NCBI GenBank assembly: GCA_001949185.1
Contig: BDGG01000005.1
Span: 1,973,249-2,037,248, forward strand
DNA length: 64,000 bases
Source: Ramazzottius varieornatus
Taxonomy: Eukaryota; Animalia; Tardigrada
Direction: 5' to 3'
Position numbers and translations under genes: made by a program. Below the pieces are notes generated by a model that did no database searches, was not told where the DNA came from, and saw only the letters and a program-made list of their open reading frames with translations. This document shows, piece after piece, positions 53,031 to 64,000 of this stretch; the stretch's first letter is position 1; every line of letters starts with the position of its first letter.

Positions 53031-54345
53031 TCAGAGATTTTTCATGCGCGACATCAGCTCTTCTAAAGTTTCACCACTCTGTATCGGTTGAGCATTCGAG
53101 TTTCCAGCTTCTTGTCCAGAACTTTGAGTTTTCTTATACTCTGTTCTCAGTCCATGAGTTACTTCCGTGTCGTCTGCCAAATCACCGGCGGAAGTTTCGT
53201 CCACGATCTCGATCCCAAAGTTCTCCTCATGCACTGGAGCTTTACCATCCTCTTCGCTGGACATGAAATCCAACTGCATATACACTGGGTTCTTCTGGAA
53301 CTCTTTCTGACGCTTGACGCATTCTTTATCGTCGCATGTAACGTTCGGTTTCATCTCCCAGGTTGGGAAGAAGTCTTCGAGTGCCGAGTAGCCGAGGTAC
53401 ATGGACACTTTGCCGAACTGCAGAAGGTATTTCAGGGCGTTCTGTACCAAGACACCGGAAACGATACCCATGGTGGTCGGAAGACTTGCTGCACAAACTC
53501 CTTCTCGCTTTAACGTTCGTTCGTCGATCTTGGAAGCGACGATCAGTGGAGGTGCACAGGCGAAGCACGCCGATTGTCCTACAGATACGATTAGTGCCCA
53601 CATTTCAACATTTCAAGCTCAATACGTTTCAATGCGAGGCAAGAAGGGTGAGTCGGCCAGCCGTCATATTTCGGCCGATCATGCATATTTTGTTGGTAAC
53701 CGATTACCGATCCACTCGCCATTCCCGACTCACAATAATGGCTTTGCCTTGCTTACCTGGAATGATAGTCTGGATATGTCCGCTGACAGCGTTCTCGCTA
53801 ACTCCCGACTCCATCCATATTTGACCAAGTTCATTACATGCGGTATTAATGGCCATCCTAGCTTCGAAGTTATCGACACAGCTTAGCACCAAATCCACAG
53901 GTTGTCCCGTGTTCAAGTGCCCATTCTTCATGCGATCCATGAAGAGGTCGAACTTGTCCATCAATGTGATATTCATGTTGTGCGTCTCTATCTGAACGTC
54001 CGGGTTGATGACGGACAGGGTAGATGCTGCAGCATCCACCTTGGACTGACCACTTTGGTCAGGCTGGAAGAACAACCTGTTCATGTTGGCGAGCTCAACC
54101 TTGTCGTAGTCGAACAGTATCAGTTTCCCTATTCCACAGCGGGTTAACATCTCGGACGCCACGCTGCCTACTCCGCCAACGCCAACGATCAGGACAGTCT
54201 TTTGTCGAATCTGCTCATAGTCCTTGACGATGCCCATCCGTTTTAGCGCCATCAATCGACTGTAAGGGTTGCTGTCTACCACGTCACCACTCATCGTCGC
54301 AATCTTCTGCCGTCCCGACCGACTGTTCGCTTGCGACTTCGACAT
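53031..54345 (-). CDS. UBA5: UFM1-activating enzyme UBA5; one intron at ~53581-53756
   Basis: [64 protein letters not shown]. Confidence 0.96.
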
Positions 54346-54854
54346 CCTGTATTCCCGTGAGCTCGTCCCGCTGATTTACGCTTCACCTGGAACACCAAGC
54401 AGAATGAGGTACGAAGTTTTATGGAGATTCAAGCAGATTCCTCGGTAAGAAAACAGAATATTTTGATTTTGAATTTTAGATGCCAAAATTTTCTGCTTAC
54501 GTTCCCCTGCCCCGGGCGGAAGAATGGGTGACCTGGGCTGTCCAGGGCCCAAGGTTCACCACGGCCCACGGGGCTTTCACCTTTGACGAAAGTGCGATTT
54601 GTGTTTCTTTTCAAAGTCTGGAGTTTCGGATGTCTGCCCGAATCTTTTCCTTGTACTCGTTTTCACCGACCGATCCCGATCCTACGTCTGCGGCTCTGCT
54701 GATGCGCTGGACGACATTGGCATCGGTTGATGTGGTAGTTGTGGTCCGGAACAAGGATCCCCCTGAGAGCGAAGCTGTGCGTTCGTCTTGTTGACGCTCC
54801 GTGCCAAGTCGCCTCGCCGGTTGCCACCGTTGACTCATCCCCAGTCACTTCACG

Positions 54855-57800
54855 ATGGCTAACTCTGGTGGAGATAATGGTTTGCTCGATCTTATCCGCT
54901 GTCTGGAAGCCACACTATCGCCAGAAAAGGATAAGCGGTTGGAAGGAGAACGTCTGCTGAAGCAGGGAGAACGATCACCACATTTCGGACTTCGCCTGCT
55001 CCAGATCATCGAAGGCAATGGAAATCAAGTCCAGCAGACTGTCCGACTGGCAGCTGCTGTGGCGCTGAAGAATTACTGCAGAAGATTCTGGCCGGTAAAT
55101 TACACATACATACCTTAATGGAATATCAAAGAGTAGACTAGACGAATGAGACGTTGTTAACCCTTTTAGACCGGCGCAGACAGTACCGAAGACTTCGAGA
55201 TTCCCGAAGAAGACAAGAGTACTCTTAAAGCCAATTTGGTGCCGCTGATGTTTCGATGTCCTGCCTTCGTTCAGAAAGTGGTGAGTTATTGCTTTGAAAG
55301 AGGTCGTTGGAACCTAGACTAACACACTAGACAAGATCTATTCCCCAGGTGGCGCACTCTGTCAGCCATCAACAATGAAAAGCTGCGCCACTTGCAAAAA
55401 TATCGTTGTCGAGTTTGTAGGTTGTTTACCACACTGCCTGTAAACCTTTGAAACGATTGTTTTATTTGGGGTTATTTCCACAGATTGGTGAAACGATTAA
55501 CGTTATCGCGTGGACGGACTTCCCCGCGAAATGGCCTCAGTTACTTCCTGATCTCACTTCCCGCTTCGTGTCCAATGACATTGACGCCATCCTCGGAGCG
55601 TTGCGGACAGCACACGGTCTATTCAAGCACTACCGAGACGCCTTTCAGTCGGAGGGTTTATGGAGGGAAATCAAGATTGTCCTGGACCAGTTTGCCGTTC
55701 CCTTCACTCAACTCTTCGTGGCAAGTCCTTCCACAATAGTTGTGATGCCAAAGCTACGAGTAGCTAACTTGAGTTCATTTTTACTGTTAGGCGACCTGGA
55801 ATCGGATCGGCGGTCTGGAGAAAGAAGCGCGTGACAGTACAGACCGAGCCAGAGCTAAAGAAGCCTTGGAGAATGCCTTTCAGATTCTACTGATGTGCTG
55901 CAAGATCTACTTTAGCCTAATATACCAAGAGCTACCACAGGTCTTTGTCGATCATCTAAGAGACTGGATGAACATGTTTCACACTCTGCTTGGCTATCAG
56001 AATGCTGATCTTCAAAGCGATGTAAGCACTTCTAATGACCTCATCGATATGTTGGCATCGCTGCATCGGGAAGTACCTTAGATATTTGTATCGTTGCTTC
56101 TTAGAACGACGAAGAGCCCGGCGTCCTCGGCAACATCAAGTCGCAGATATGCGCCATCCTGACTTTACTGGCCTTCAAGTACGACGAAGACTTTGAACCG
56201 CATATGGCCAGGTTTGTGGAAGCCGTTTGGAAGCTCATGTTGGGGGTCACCCAGCTGATGCAAGACGATTTGGTAAGCAGCCATTTTTCTACGGAATCGT
56301 ATTCAAGTCCGTGCCGAGCACGGTCTTGTCAGACCTTGAAAACTATCTTGGAGCACTCAGGCAGAATCACATAGAACGAAAACTAATGATAAGTTTGATT
56401 TTGTTTTTCAGCTGGCCTTCAACGCAATGGAATTTCTCAGCAAGGCTCTGGCGCAAAACAAGTGCAAGCCACTTTTCGAAGGCGAAGGCATCTTGGAGAA
56501 TATCTGCCAGAACATCATTGTCCCCAACATACAGTTTAGACGTAAGTTGCTCTTGCAGCAATTGGCTGTTTTCTCCTTCTTCAGATTCAGTTGTATTTGT
56601 TCAACAGAGTCAGACACGGAAATCTTCGAAGACAACCCCGAAGAGTTCATTCGTCGCGACATTGAAGGCTCCGACATCCACACCAGACGTCGCGCCGCAG
56701 CCGACATGGTGCGAGCCGCTGCCCGCTTTTTCGAAACCAGAGTGACCACGGTGCTGACAGGTTACATCCAGTTCCTGATCGAAGTATGCGAACCCCTTCG
56801 TAACAGTCGTCCTACCTAACGGAAATTTTATAGATTAAGGCAGGTTTTTTCTTGACAGGAATTCCAAAGAGACCCCATAAAGAAATGGAAGGAAAAGGAC
56901 AGCGCGATCTTCTTAACTTCGGCTTTGGCTGCCAAAGGAGCAACAGCAAGAGTAAGTGAAACATGCCAAAGTTAAGTCCTATATCACATTGAACCCAAAA
57001 TTCTCAGGCGTGAAATTGTTGATACTCAGGACCTGGGCAGACAGATGTGAAATTGACCGTTTTTAAAGTGGCGAAAGTTCCCAGCCATTGTCATTGAAAA
57101 GTGCGCCACTTGGAAAACATCTGGTCGAGTTTACCACTGGGCCTTTGCCAGGCTTCTACCCATCCTTAGCTCTAGCCAACTTGATCACTTTGTCTTGCAG
57201 CATGGCGCCGTCACGATCAACGAACTGGTTCCCGTCGTATCGTTCGCCACAGCTCATGTGATACCTCATCTGACATCAGATATCGCACCAGGTACCAGTT
57301 TTGACCGGAGTAGCTCTAAAACGTGACGCTTCTCAGAGTCGTAATTTGTCTCGAATAAGGTGCCAAAACCTGTACCCTGTGATAATTTCACTTGTTCGGC
57401 GCTGTTGTAGGAAACAAGCAACAGGCTGTGCTGGAAGCGGATTGCCTGAAATTCATCGTCACCTTCCGCGCGCATTTCCCCCGAGCAGCACTGATCGAAT
57501 GCTTCCCGGCCTTGGTCCGGAAGCTTGAGTCTCCCAACGCGGTGGTGCACACTTACGCTGCGCACTGTATCGAAAGGATCTTCACCACGCGAGACTTGAC
57601 CACTGGTGCCTTCGCACTCGCACCTTCCGACATTCAGCCACACCTCGGGGACCTCCTCACCAAACTGTTCACTGCAAGAAGGATCACGGCTTCGGAGAAA
57701 GAGAACCCGGGCGGCGTCTTGGAAGAGAACGAATACACAATGAAATGTAGGTTTCCCATTCAGCGATGAACGCGAGCGAAAGTACATTCATAACCGTGTT

Positions 57801-59933
57801 TTTTCTCAACAGGTATCATGCGGACGCTTTCGTACCTTCAGGATCAGATGCTACCATTCATCAACGCTGTCGTCAGCGGACTTCTTGACAGACTGCAGTT
57901 CGCGATCAAAGTGAGCTTTACCTGGCTTTGCTCGCTTTGCTTACTAAATTTCAAGCATGTTTCTATCTTAGAATCCTGGCCAGCCGAAATATGACCATTA
58001 CCTCTTCGAATCGATCGCTCTGTGTATCGGTATCAGCTGCAAGGCAAATCAGCAAGCTGTGGACCTTTTTGAGAAGGCCTTGTTTCCCCAGATCGAAATT
58101 GTCCTCAAGGACAACGTTGATGGTAGGTTGAAATGTTATTGGACTTGTGGGTACTCTTAATGATGAGTGTGCTTTTTATCTTTCAGCGTTCTTCCCATAC
58201 GTGTTCCAACTTCTGGCACAGATGCTCGAGTATCGAGCAGGGACGCAGATACCGCTCAACTACATGACTTTACTCAACCATCTTCTGACACCGGCATTGC
58301 TAGAGTTAGAAGGCAGTGTTTCTTCAGTAGTGAGACTCCTGGGAGCATTCTTTGAGGCCAATGCAGCGCAGATGACTGAAACATTAGTAAGCTTCAATTA
58401 CGATTACAAATATTATCATCTGGTACGCAGACGAATAATGTAGCTGTACTTTCACCCACCTGCATATGACTGCTTGTAGGCTTAACCAGGTTATACCTGT
58501 ATGCGCGTGGCGGACTGTTGTTTGCTTGTGTTGATTCTTTTCTATCTTTAGCCCACTGTCATGGGAATGGCTCAGCGATTGATCAGCTCGAAGAAGTACG
58601 ACCATGAAGGCTTCAATCTTCTCCGACCAGCAATCGACAAGATACCCACGTAAGTCATATGCTTACCATTTGGGAAACTGTCTGATATTGCGATTGCTCA
58701 CATTCTCCTTCACAGAGCTCAAATCCAACCTTTCTTGGGCGGGATCTTCAGGACATTTTTCACCCGATTGTCTCAGACGAAGACAGAGAAGTTTGTCAAG
58801 AGTAAGTATGACGTGGTGTCACTTCAAGGAATGTCGGATGCTGGTGGTAATGGACTTTGTCTGGACAGATCTCGTACCCTGTGTCTGCTTCTGTATACTT
58901 CGTCATGGCGCCGATACGGTGATCACCGTGGTCGAAGGGATACAGCCCGGGTAAGCCTCTTATCTCCTGACAGAGAGGAGTATAGTAAGACAGAAAATTT
59001 ACATTGTTTGTGTGCAGGATATTCGGAATGCTTGTGCAGAACGTGATGCTGAACGAGATGGGTAGAATTCAGAAAACGGCCTCGCGAAGACTGTGCTTCG
59101 TGGGAGGCACCATCTTACTGACAGAGGGAACACAGCTCTTCGGAGCCTACGAGCCACTTTGGTAAAGTACAGTGTGGTCTTTTGTGGTGCGAAGAACCAT
59201 AACTAGTATCTGTTTCTTCTGCAGGAATCCACTGCTTGAAAGGCTTGTGCGACTAGTCGAACTACCTCCGGAGAACGAGATCGTGGAAGACCTTCACATG
59301 TTTGGTAAGCTCACCTAAAACATGCATGAAGCTTAACTTTCCGGTTGGCGCTCCGAAAATCCGTTGTGTGATAATCAGTCACTGGCGGCAAATCAAAGCG
59401 CTAAATTAATTAGCTTTGCGTGCGTCCTTTTTTGCGAGTTCTCCTCGAGGAGAATTCGCTCGAGCGCATGTAAAGGACAGTACACGGCAGGAAGTTAAAC
59501 TGACCGTGAGGGAATCCCATTCACCTGCATACACTGAGTCGTGTATGTGGGCTAGTTCTTGGGTATGCAGGTGTTTACGACACCGAACTAAAAGCCTTCA
59601 GTCGGCGGCATTATTGAAATTGCATCGTTTGGTATCAGACGATACTCATACTTGATGCTCTGTGTCCTTGTTCTAGATCTGAGTAATGACGAAGTCGGAA
59701 CGGGAGGTGCCTTGCCTTTGCACGCCGCCAACCAGAACCAGCTCATCTTCGCTCGAAAGCCTGACCGCGACCCAACTGCTGACAAAGGAGACGTCAAGAT
59801 CTTCCTCGCACGGCAGCTCGCTGTCCTTTCTGCTGCACGACCAGGACAAGTCACCGCCAAGATCCAACAGAGCATTCCTGACGTCCAGGCATGCATCGGG
59901 AACTACTGTCGACAGGCGGGAGTCACGTTGTAG
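54855..59933 (+). CDS. CSE1L: Exportin-2 / CSE1L (CAS); many exons
   Basis: Importin-beta N domain (RLAAAVALKNY), DFPAKWPQLLPDL, GLWREIKIVLDQFA, FEDNPEEFIRRDIEGSDIHTRRRAAAD, VVHTYAAHCIER, ENEYTMKC, PYVFQLLAQMLE. Confidence 0.93.
55320..55417. repeat. Family P copy (CSE1L intron)
   Basis: CCAGGTGGCGCAC-N25-CTGCGCCACTTG. Confidence 0.8.
57040..57141. repeat. Family P copy (CSE1L intron)
   Basis: AAGTGGCGAAA...GTGCGCCACTTGGAAAACATCTGGTCGAGTTT. Confidence 0.75.
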
Positions 59934-60399
59934 ATTTTCTGTTGGGGAAAGTACCTCGTCTTTTTATAATTGTTGTATATAATGCATAGTTTGCTCCGTG
60001 CATCTGAAGTTCCATCGAGAGATCCTTTTTGCTTTCCGTAGCATGTTTTTCAGATTTTGATTTATCATCGGAAAATTGTTGCTAGTTACTCGTCAGTAGG
60101 CTTACATCACTGAACAATAAAGCCAAAAAGACAAGTTTGTAAAATTTTTGAACTTGAAACAACAGATTCTTTTCGACATGTCAAAGGGTCTTTCAGAAGA
60201 AGTGGTTAGTGTGGTCCGGGAAACACTGAAGAGCTTTCAGATAGAAGAACAGTGTACAAGGAAGAATGTACAGTAATTAAGCCTGGCTGTTTGCAATCAC
60301 AATTTATTCACGCTCAGAACTATGTTTCAACATTAAAATATGGACACCAGGACATATTACAGCAGAATTATTTCACCGGATCGCCGAAGCAGTGGGATG

Positions 60400-62249
60400 T
60401 TAGTCCGGCGTTGGCGTCTTCTCGTCCCTCGAGTTCGTTCCGGAAACTCCAACAGGGTCCTCGAAGTCCTGGTCCCAGTCCCCTATGCTGCTCGTTTTGC
60501 TACTGGATGACTCTGTGAAGCGATAACGTGAAAAGCTGAATCCCAAAGCCCTCTACAAAACCGGTATTGAAAGCTCAGCAAACAAACTCGACAAGATCGT
60601 TCTCCCAAGTGGCGCACACTTCCAGCCAATATCTCTGGAACATGCGCCACTTGGGTAAACGATCTGGTCCAGTTCGTCTGCCGTGTTCCCTTACTAACCT
60701 GTCTTGTGGTGCCCTGTGGACTTCCGAAGGGTGCCGGAGCTTGTATCGTCGTCAGGGGAAGAAGGTTCGCCATGCTCAACCATCACCAGATCGCCTACAT
60801 CGCGGTCCGACATGTGCTCAGGGTTGACCATCTGGAAGCTCTCGTTCGAAACCACACTGCAGACTTCGGAGGGGTCCAGTAACGAGCCCGGGTTAGTTGC
60901 ATCTGAACACAAACTGTCAATTGGACCCAGATGTAAAACACGTACCGCAATTTAGAATCATCAATCACGTACCGTCAAGCTCGTCGCCCCAGTCGAGATC
61001 GAGATCAGCAGGAGTTTGGTCGCCCGAAGCAACCGACCGAACGATCAGGGACTGGATCCGTCTTTCTTCCTTTTCCATCTGGTAAACCTGTGAAAGAAAC
61101 CTTACAAAACAACGCAACGAAAACCATTCAAATTAACAAACTTCGATAATAGCTAAAATCAGCCCTAAACAAACTCGTCAAGGTAGATTTTCCAAGTGAT
61201 GCACACTAACAACCAATAACACTGGGAGCGTGCGCCACTCTGGGAAAACAATCTGGCCAAGTTGTTTGGCGGGTCCTATTTCTCGCAGAAAATTTCTCGA
61301 AACACGTTTTCGGAGAATAAGGTAAAGAAAACTACTGTTACCCTATAGAAGTAACGTTGCCAAAATTCAGTGTGAGTAACGACAGACGGCACGAGTTTGT
61401 CGTAAGACTCTTGGACAGCGTCGACAGTGTCCAGTATTCTGTTCATCTCCACTCTATGTTTGTCGATATCGAATGTGATCAGCCACGCTTCGAACTCTTC
61501 CGGACGACCGGAAGGCTCTCTTTTGAAGGTGTTAATGTCCGTCTGAATGGCGGACAGCTTAGCTTGCGAGCGCGTTTGATGAGCAGCGACGGACAGCTCA
61601 CTTCCGGTTGTGGTTGTTTCGTCGAACATGGACAAGGAAGCGTTGATCGTCCCGAAGAAGGAAGAGATTCCGGACTTGACAACGCTTGCAGCTTTGTTAG
61701 CTTCTTCCAGCTACAGAAAGATACAACTAGAGATAGATGAATCCTTTAGTTTGAAATTTATAGAATATTTTTTCTACGGTGATTTTGTCTTTCAAGCTTT
61801 GTGTGGCATCATTCATGATGATGGCGGTATCCTTCTGCATAGTCTCCGTAAACTCCGTCAAGTCGCGCTTCATGAATTCGACCATGGCGGTAGACTGCGG
61901 GAGATCAGATTGTAATTAAGATAAACGGAGAAAAAACTTGACAGACTTGTTTGTTATATAACGTGGAACAGTTAGCGAACTAACCTTGCCAACAATGTCC
62001 GAAGTTGCCTTCTGCAAAAACGATCCCCAGGACCAACTTCCAGAACTGTTCCCGGAACCTGCAGCAACAGTAGTCTTTTGTTGAGCATCTGGATCGGGTT
62101 TGACCTCTGCAATAACGGGGTCATCTTTGTTCCTGCAATGAATCCACGAAGACGCATCAGTCACAAGCTTAATCCTAATGACTGCATAAAACCTACTTGG
62201 ACGAAACTGGAGATGCGTTCTCTGGTACTTCATTGGAGCCCTCCATCAT
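60400..62249 (-). CDS. BSDC1: BSD-domain protein (BSDC1-like); spliced
   Basis: WSWGSFLQKA N-terminus; AIQTDINTFKREP, YDKLVPSVVTHTEFWQRYFYR; acidic DLDWGDE and DWDQDFE tail. Confidence 0.8.
60572..60681. repeat. Family P copy (BSDC1 intron), near consensus
   Basis: aaacaaactcgacaagatcgttctcccaagtggcgcac-N24-atgcgccacttgggtaaacgatct. Confidence 0.88.
61168..61270. repeat. Family P copy (BSDC1 intron)
   Basis: CCAAGTGATGCAC-N25-GTGCGCCACT. Confidence 0.8.
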
Positions 62250-63044
62250 GGTCAATTCTGCAACAAAGAAGTAGTGTAGTTTAGCACGGAATACTCCCAT
62301 GTATACGAGGAGGATAATTACAGCGACAGCGGATTTCAAATTCCAAAACTTGAGATGCGTCAGCTGATCCTTACGAGCGAAAGTTGATTGTTCCGTATGC
62401 CAAGACGCCTGATGACGACGAGCAGGAAGATCCCCAGTTTATCCTTGATACGACGAGGACCAGAAGGAACCTGTGGGGGAAAGTAGTTCAGAGTTGAGAG
62501 TACGTTCAAGGGGTTCCGAATGGCAACTTCTGAAGTGTAAACACTGGCAGTCTGACAACGCTTTGTTCATGACATGACAATCATGACAGGACACTCACAC
62601 ATGTCAGCTGACTTCCGTCTTGGCCTTACATACGCATGTCCAAATTACCAACTGGCTCAAATCTCTACGGAAAATCAAATTCGGTATTCCGGCCTACCAA
62701 CAGTGGAAAGCCCACGACGACGACGACGTTATCACTTCGTAACCTTTGTTGTATATATGAGTGCCACAAGTTTGTCAACATCAACTAGATCATCTCATCC
62801 GTTGTGCGGGGCGCCTGAAGATCATCGAAAGCTCGGCTGAAAAGACCTGAGGAAACAACTGGACGTCCTTATCCATCGGAAACCAACCTTTCGTTGTATC
62901 ATAATCCTCAGCCGTGTTACATATATATCAGTTTCTACTCTTACTGTGTACTCAACGGGTCGTCCTGGTGTTTCCTCGAGGACTATAAACGGAAGTGAAA
63001 GAGGACGGTGGGACCATCTAGACGCTGTGGCAAGATAGTCTACC

Positions 63045-64000
63045 ATGGCCTTCTCCACCACACGGTCAAAGACGAAGAAGTCCGCTGGAGCAAATGGAAA
63101 AGAAAACGATGCACAGAGCTCTGTTATGCAGCAATTGCTGGATCACTCCTCAGAATCAGAACACTGCCAGCCTTCCGTCAATCTAGAATCACTAGACGAA
63201 TATGGATTTCCTCAAGGAACGGTTGTACAGGCATACCAATATTCCTCCCCGAGACACCATATCGGTAAATATAATGTATATTATACTGTTCTGCTAACTG
63301 AGTGCTTCTATCGTATAACTATGTTGTTTCTTCGAATTTTAGATAGCGATGCTTCCTATGATGAAACGAAAAAGCTCACGATATGCCCCGACTCAGTTCC
63401 CAGCGGTATCTCTCCGTTTGATGCCGTCAACTATCCGCAAGCCAAGTTGTCGACTACGAACAGGCCGAACCTTCAAAATGACCAAAACCTTCCTCGTGCA
63501 CCTCCCCAGTATGCTACTCTGTCCAACGCGACCTCACGGGGGTTTTATCCTTCCAGCTCCCGTGGTACACCTCAAGCATCTTACTCTCGCGGGAATGGGG
63601 GACCTTCTCCACGTGGCATAAAGCAGTATTCGCTCAGCAATAAGGCACTTCCGCCCAAGTTTCCTTCGCAGTATTCAAGACTCTCGCCTCAGTCTCAGCT
63701 GGGCTGTGATACAGTGTCGCCTCTAGGTACCGTAATGACATCTTCATTCTTCACAATACAGCACCGCAGTAGGATTTCGGTGTGAGATTTTTCGTCCTTT
63801 CAGCTGTGAATGTCCCCAAGATGCAGACGCCTCCTGCTCCCGCACGGAGAACTCCAAAACCTGTACGAAGTGTTTTCGTGCATAATATGACATACACGTG
63901 CATAATATGACATGCTCAAGTATCAGCTTATGTATGACTTTTGTCTTTGTTGACAGTGCTTCGAAGCATATGTTGGTGTCGAGAGGAAGGATGCCGGACT
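63045..64000 (+). CDS. Unknown Ser/Pro-rich protein, 5' part; continues past the window
   Basis: ATG 63045 with GT-AG introns near 63265-63342 and ~63727-63803; low-complexity sequence. Confidence 0.5.

Overview
Compact, intron-rich eukaryotic (invertebrate animal) genomic DNA of roughly balanced GC content with short GT-AG introns. The gene style and the non-animal-type UGTs suggest a tardigrade such as Ramazzottius (inference only). Genes in order: 3' part of a classical PKC with two alternative C-terminal exons (+); secreted Gly-rich protein (+); membrane-anchored JmjC+TPR protein (+); orphan 139-aa ORF (-); 711-bp Helitron-type element; F-box gene (-); divergent annexin (-); Rab18 (-) and PEX19 (+) head-to-head; multi-pass membrane protein (-); MORN-repeat RSPH10B-like gene (+); four tandem plant/fungal-type UDP-glycosyltransferases (+) with a lone 5S rRNA gene among them; RILP-like gene (-); an inverted copy of 11874-14100 fused to a broken Hsp90 5' fragment; SET8/PR-Set7 (-); an atypical tRNA with a CCA anticodon; UBA5 (-) and CSE1L (+) head-to-head; BSD-domain gene (-); start of an unknown gene (+). 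About 22 copies of a ~110-130 bp palindromic repeat with a nearly fixed 24-25 bp spacer lie mostly in introns. Exon boundaries were read by eye and may be off by a few bases.
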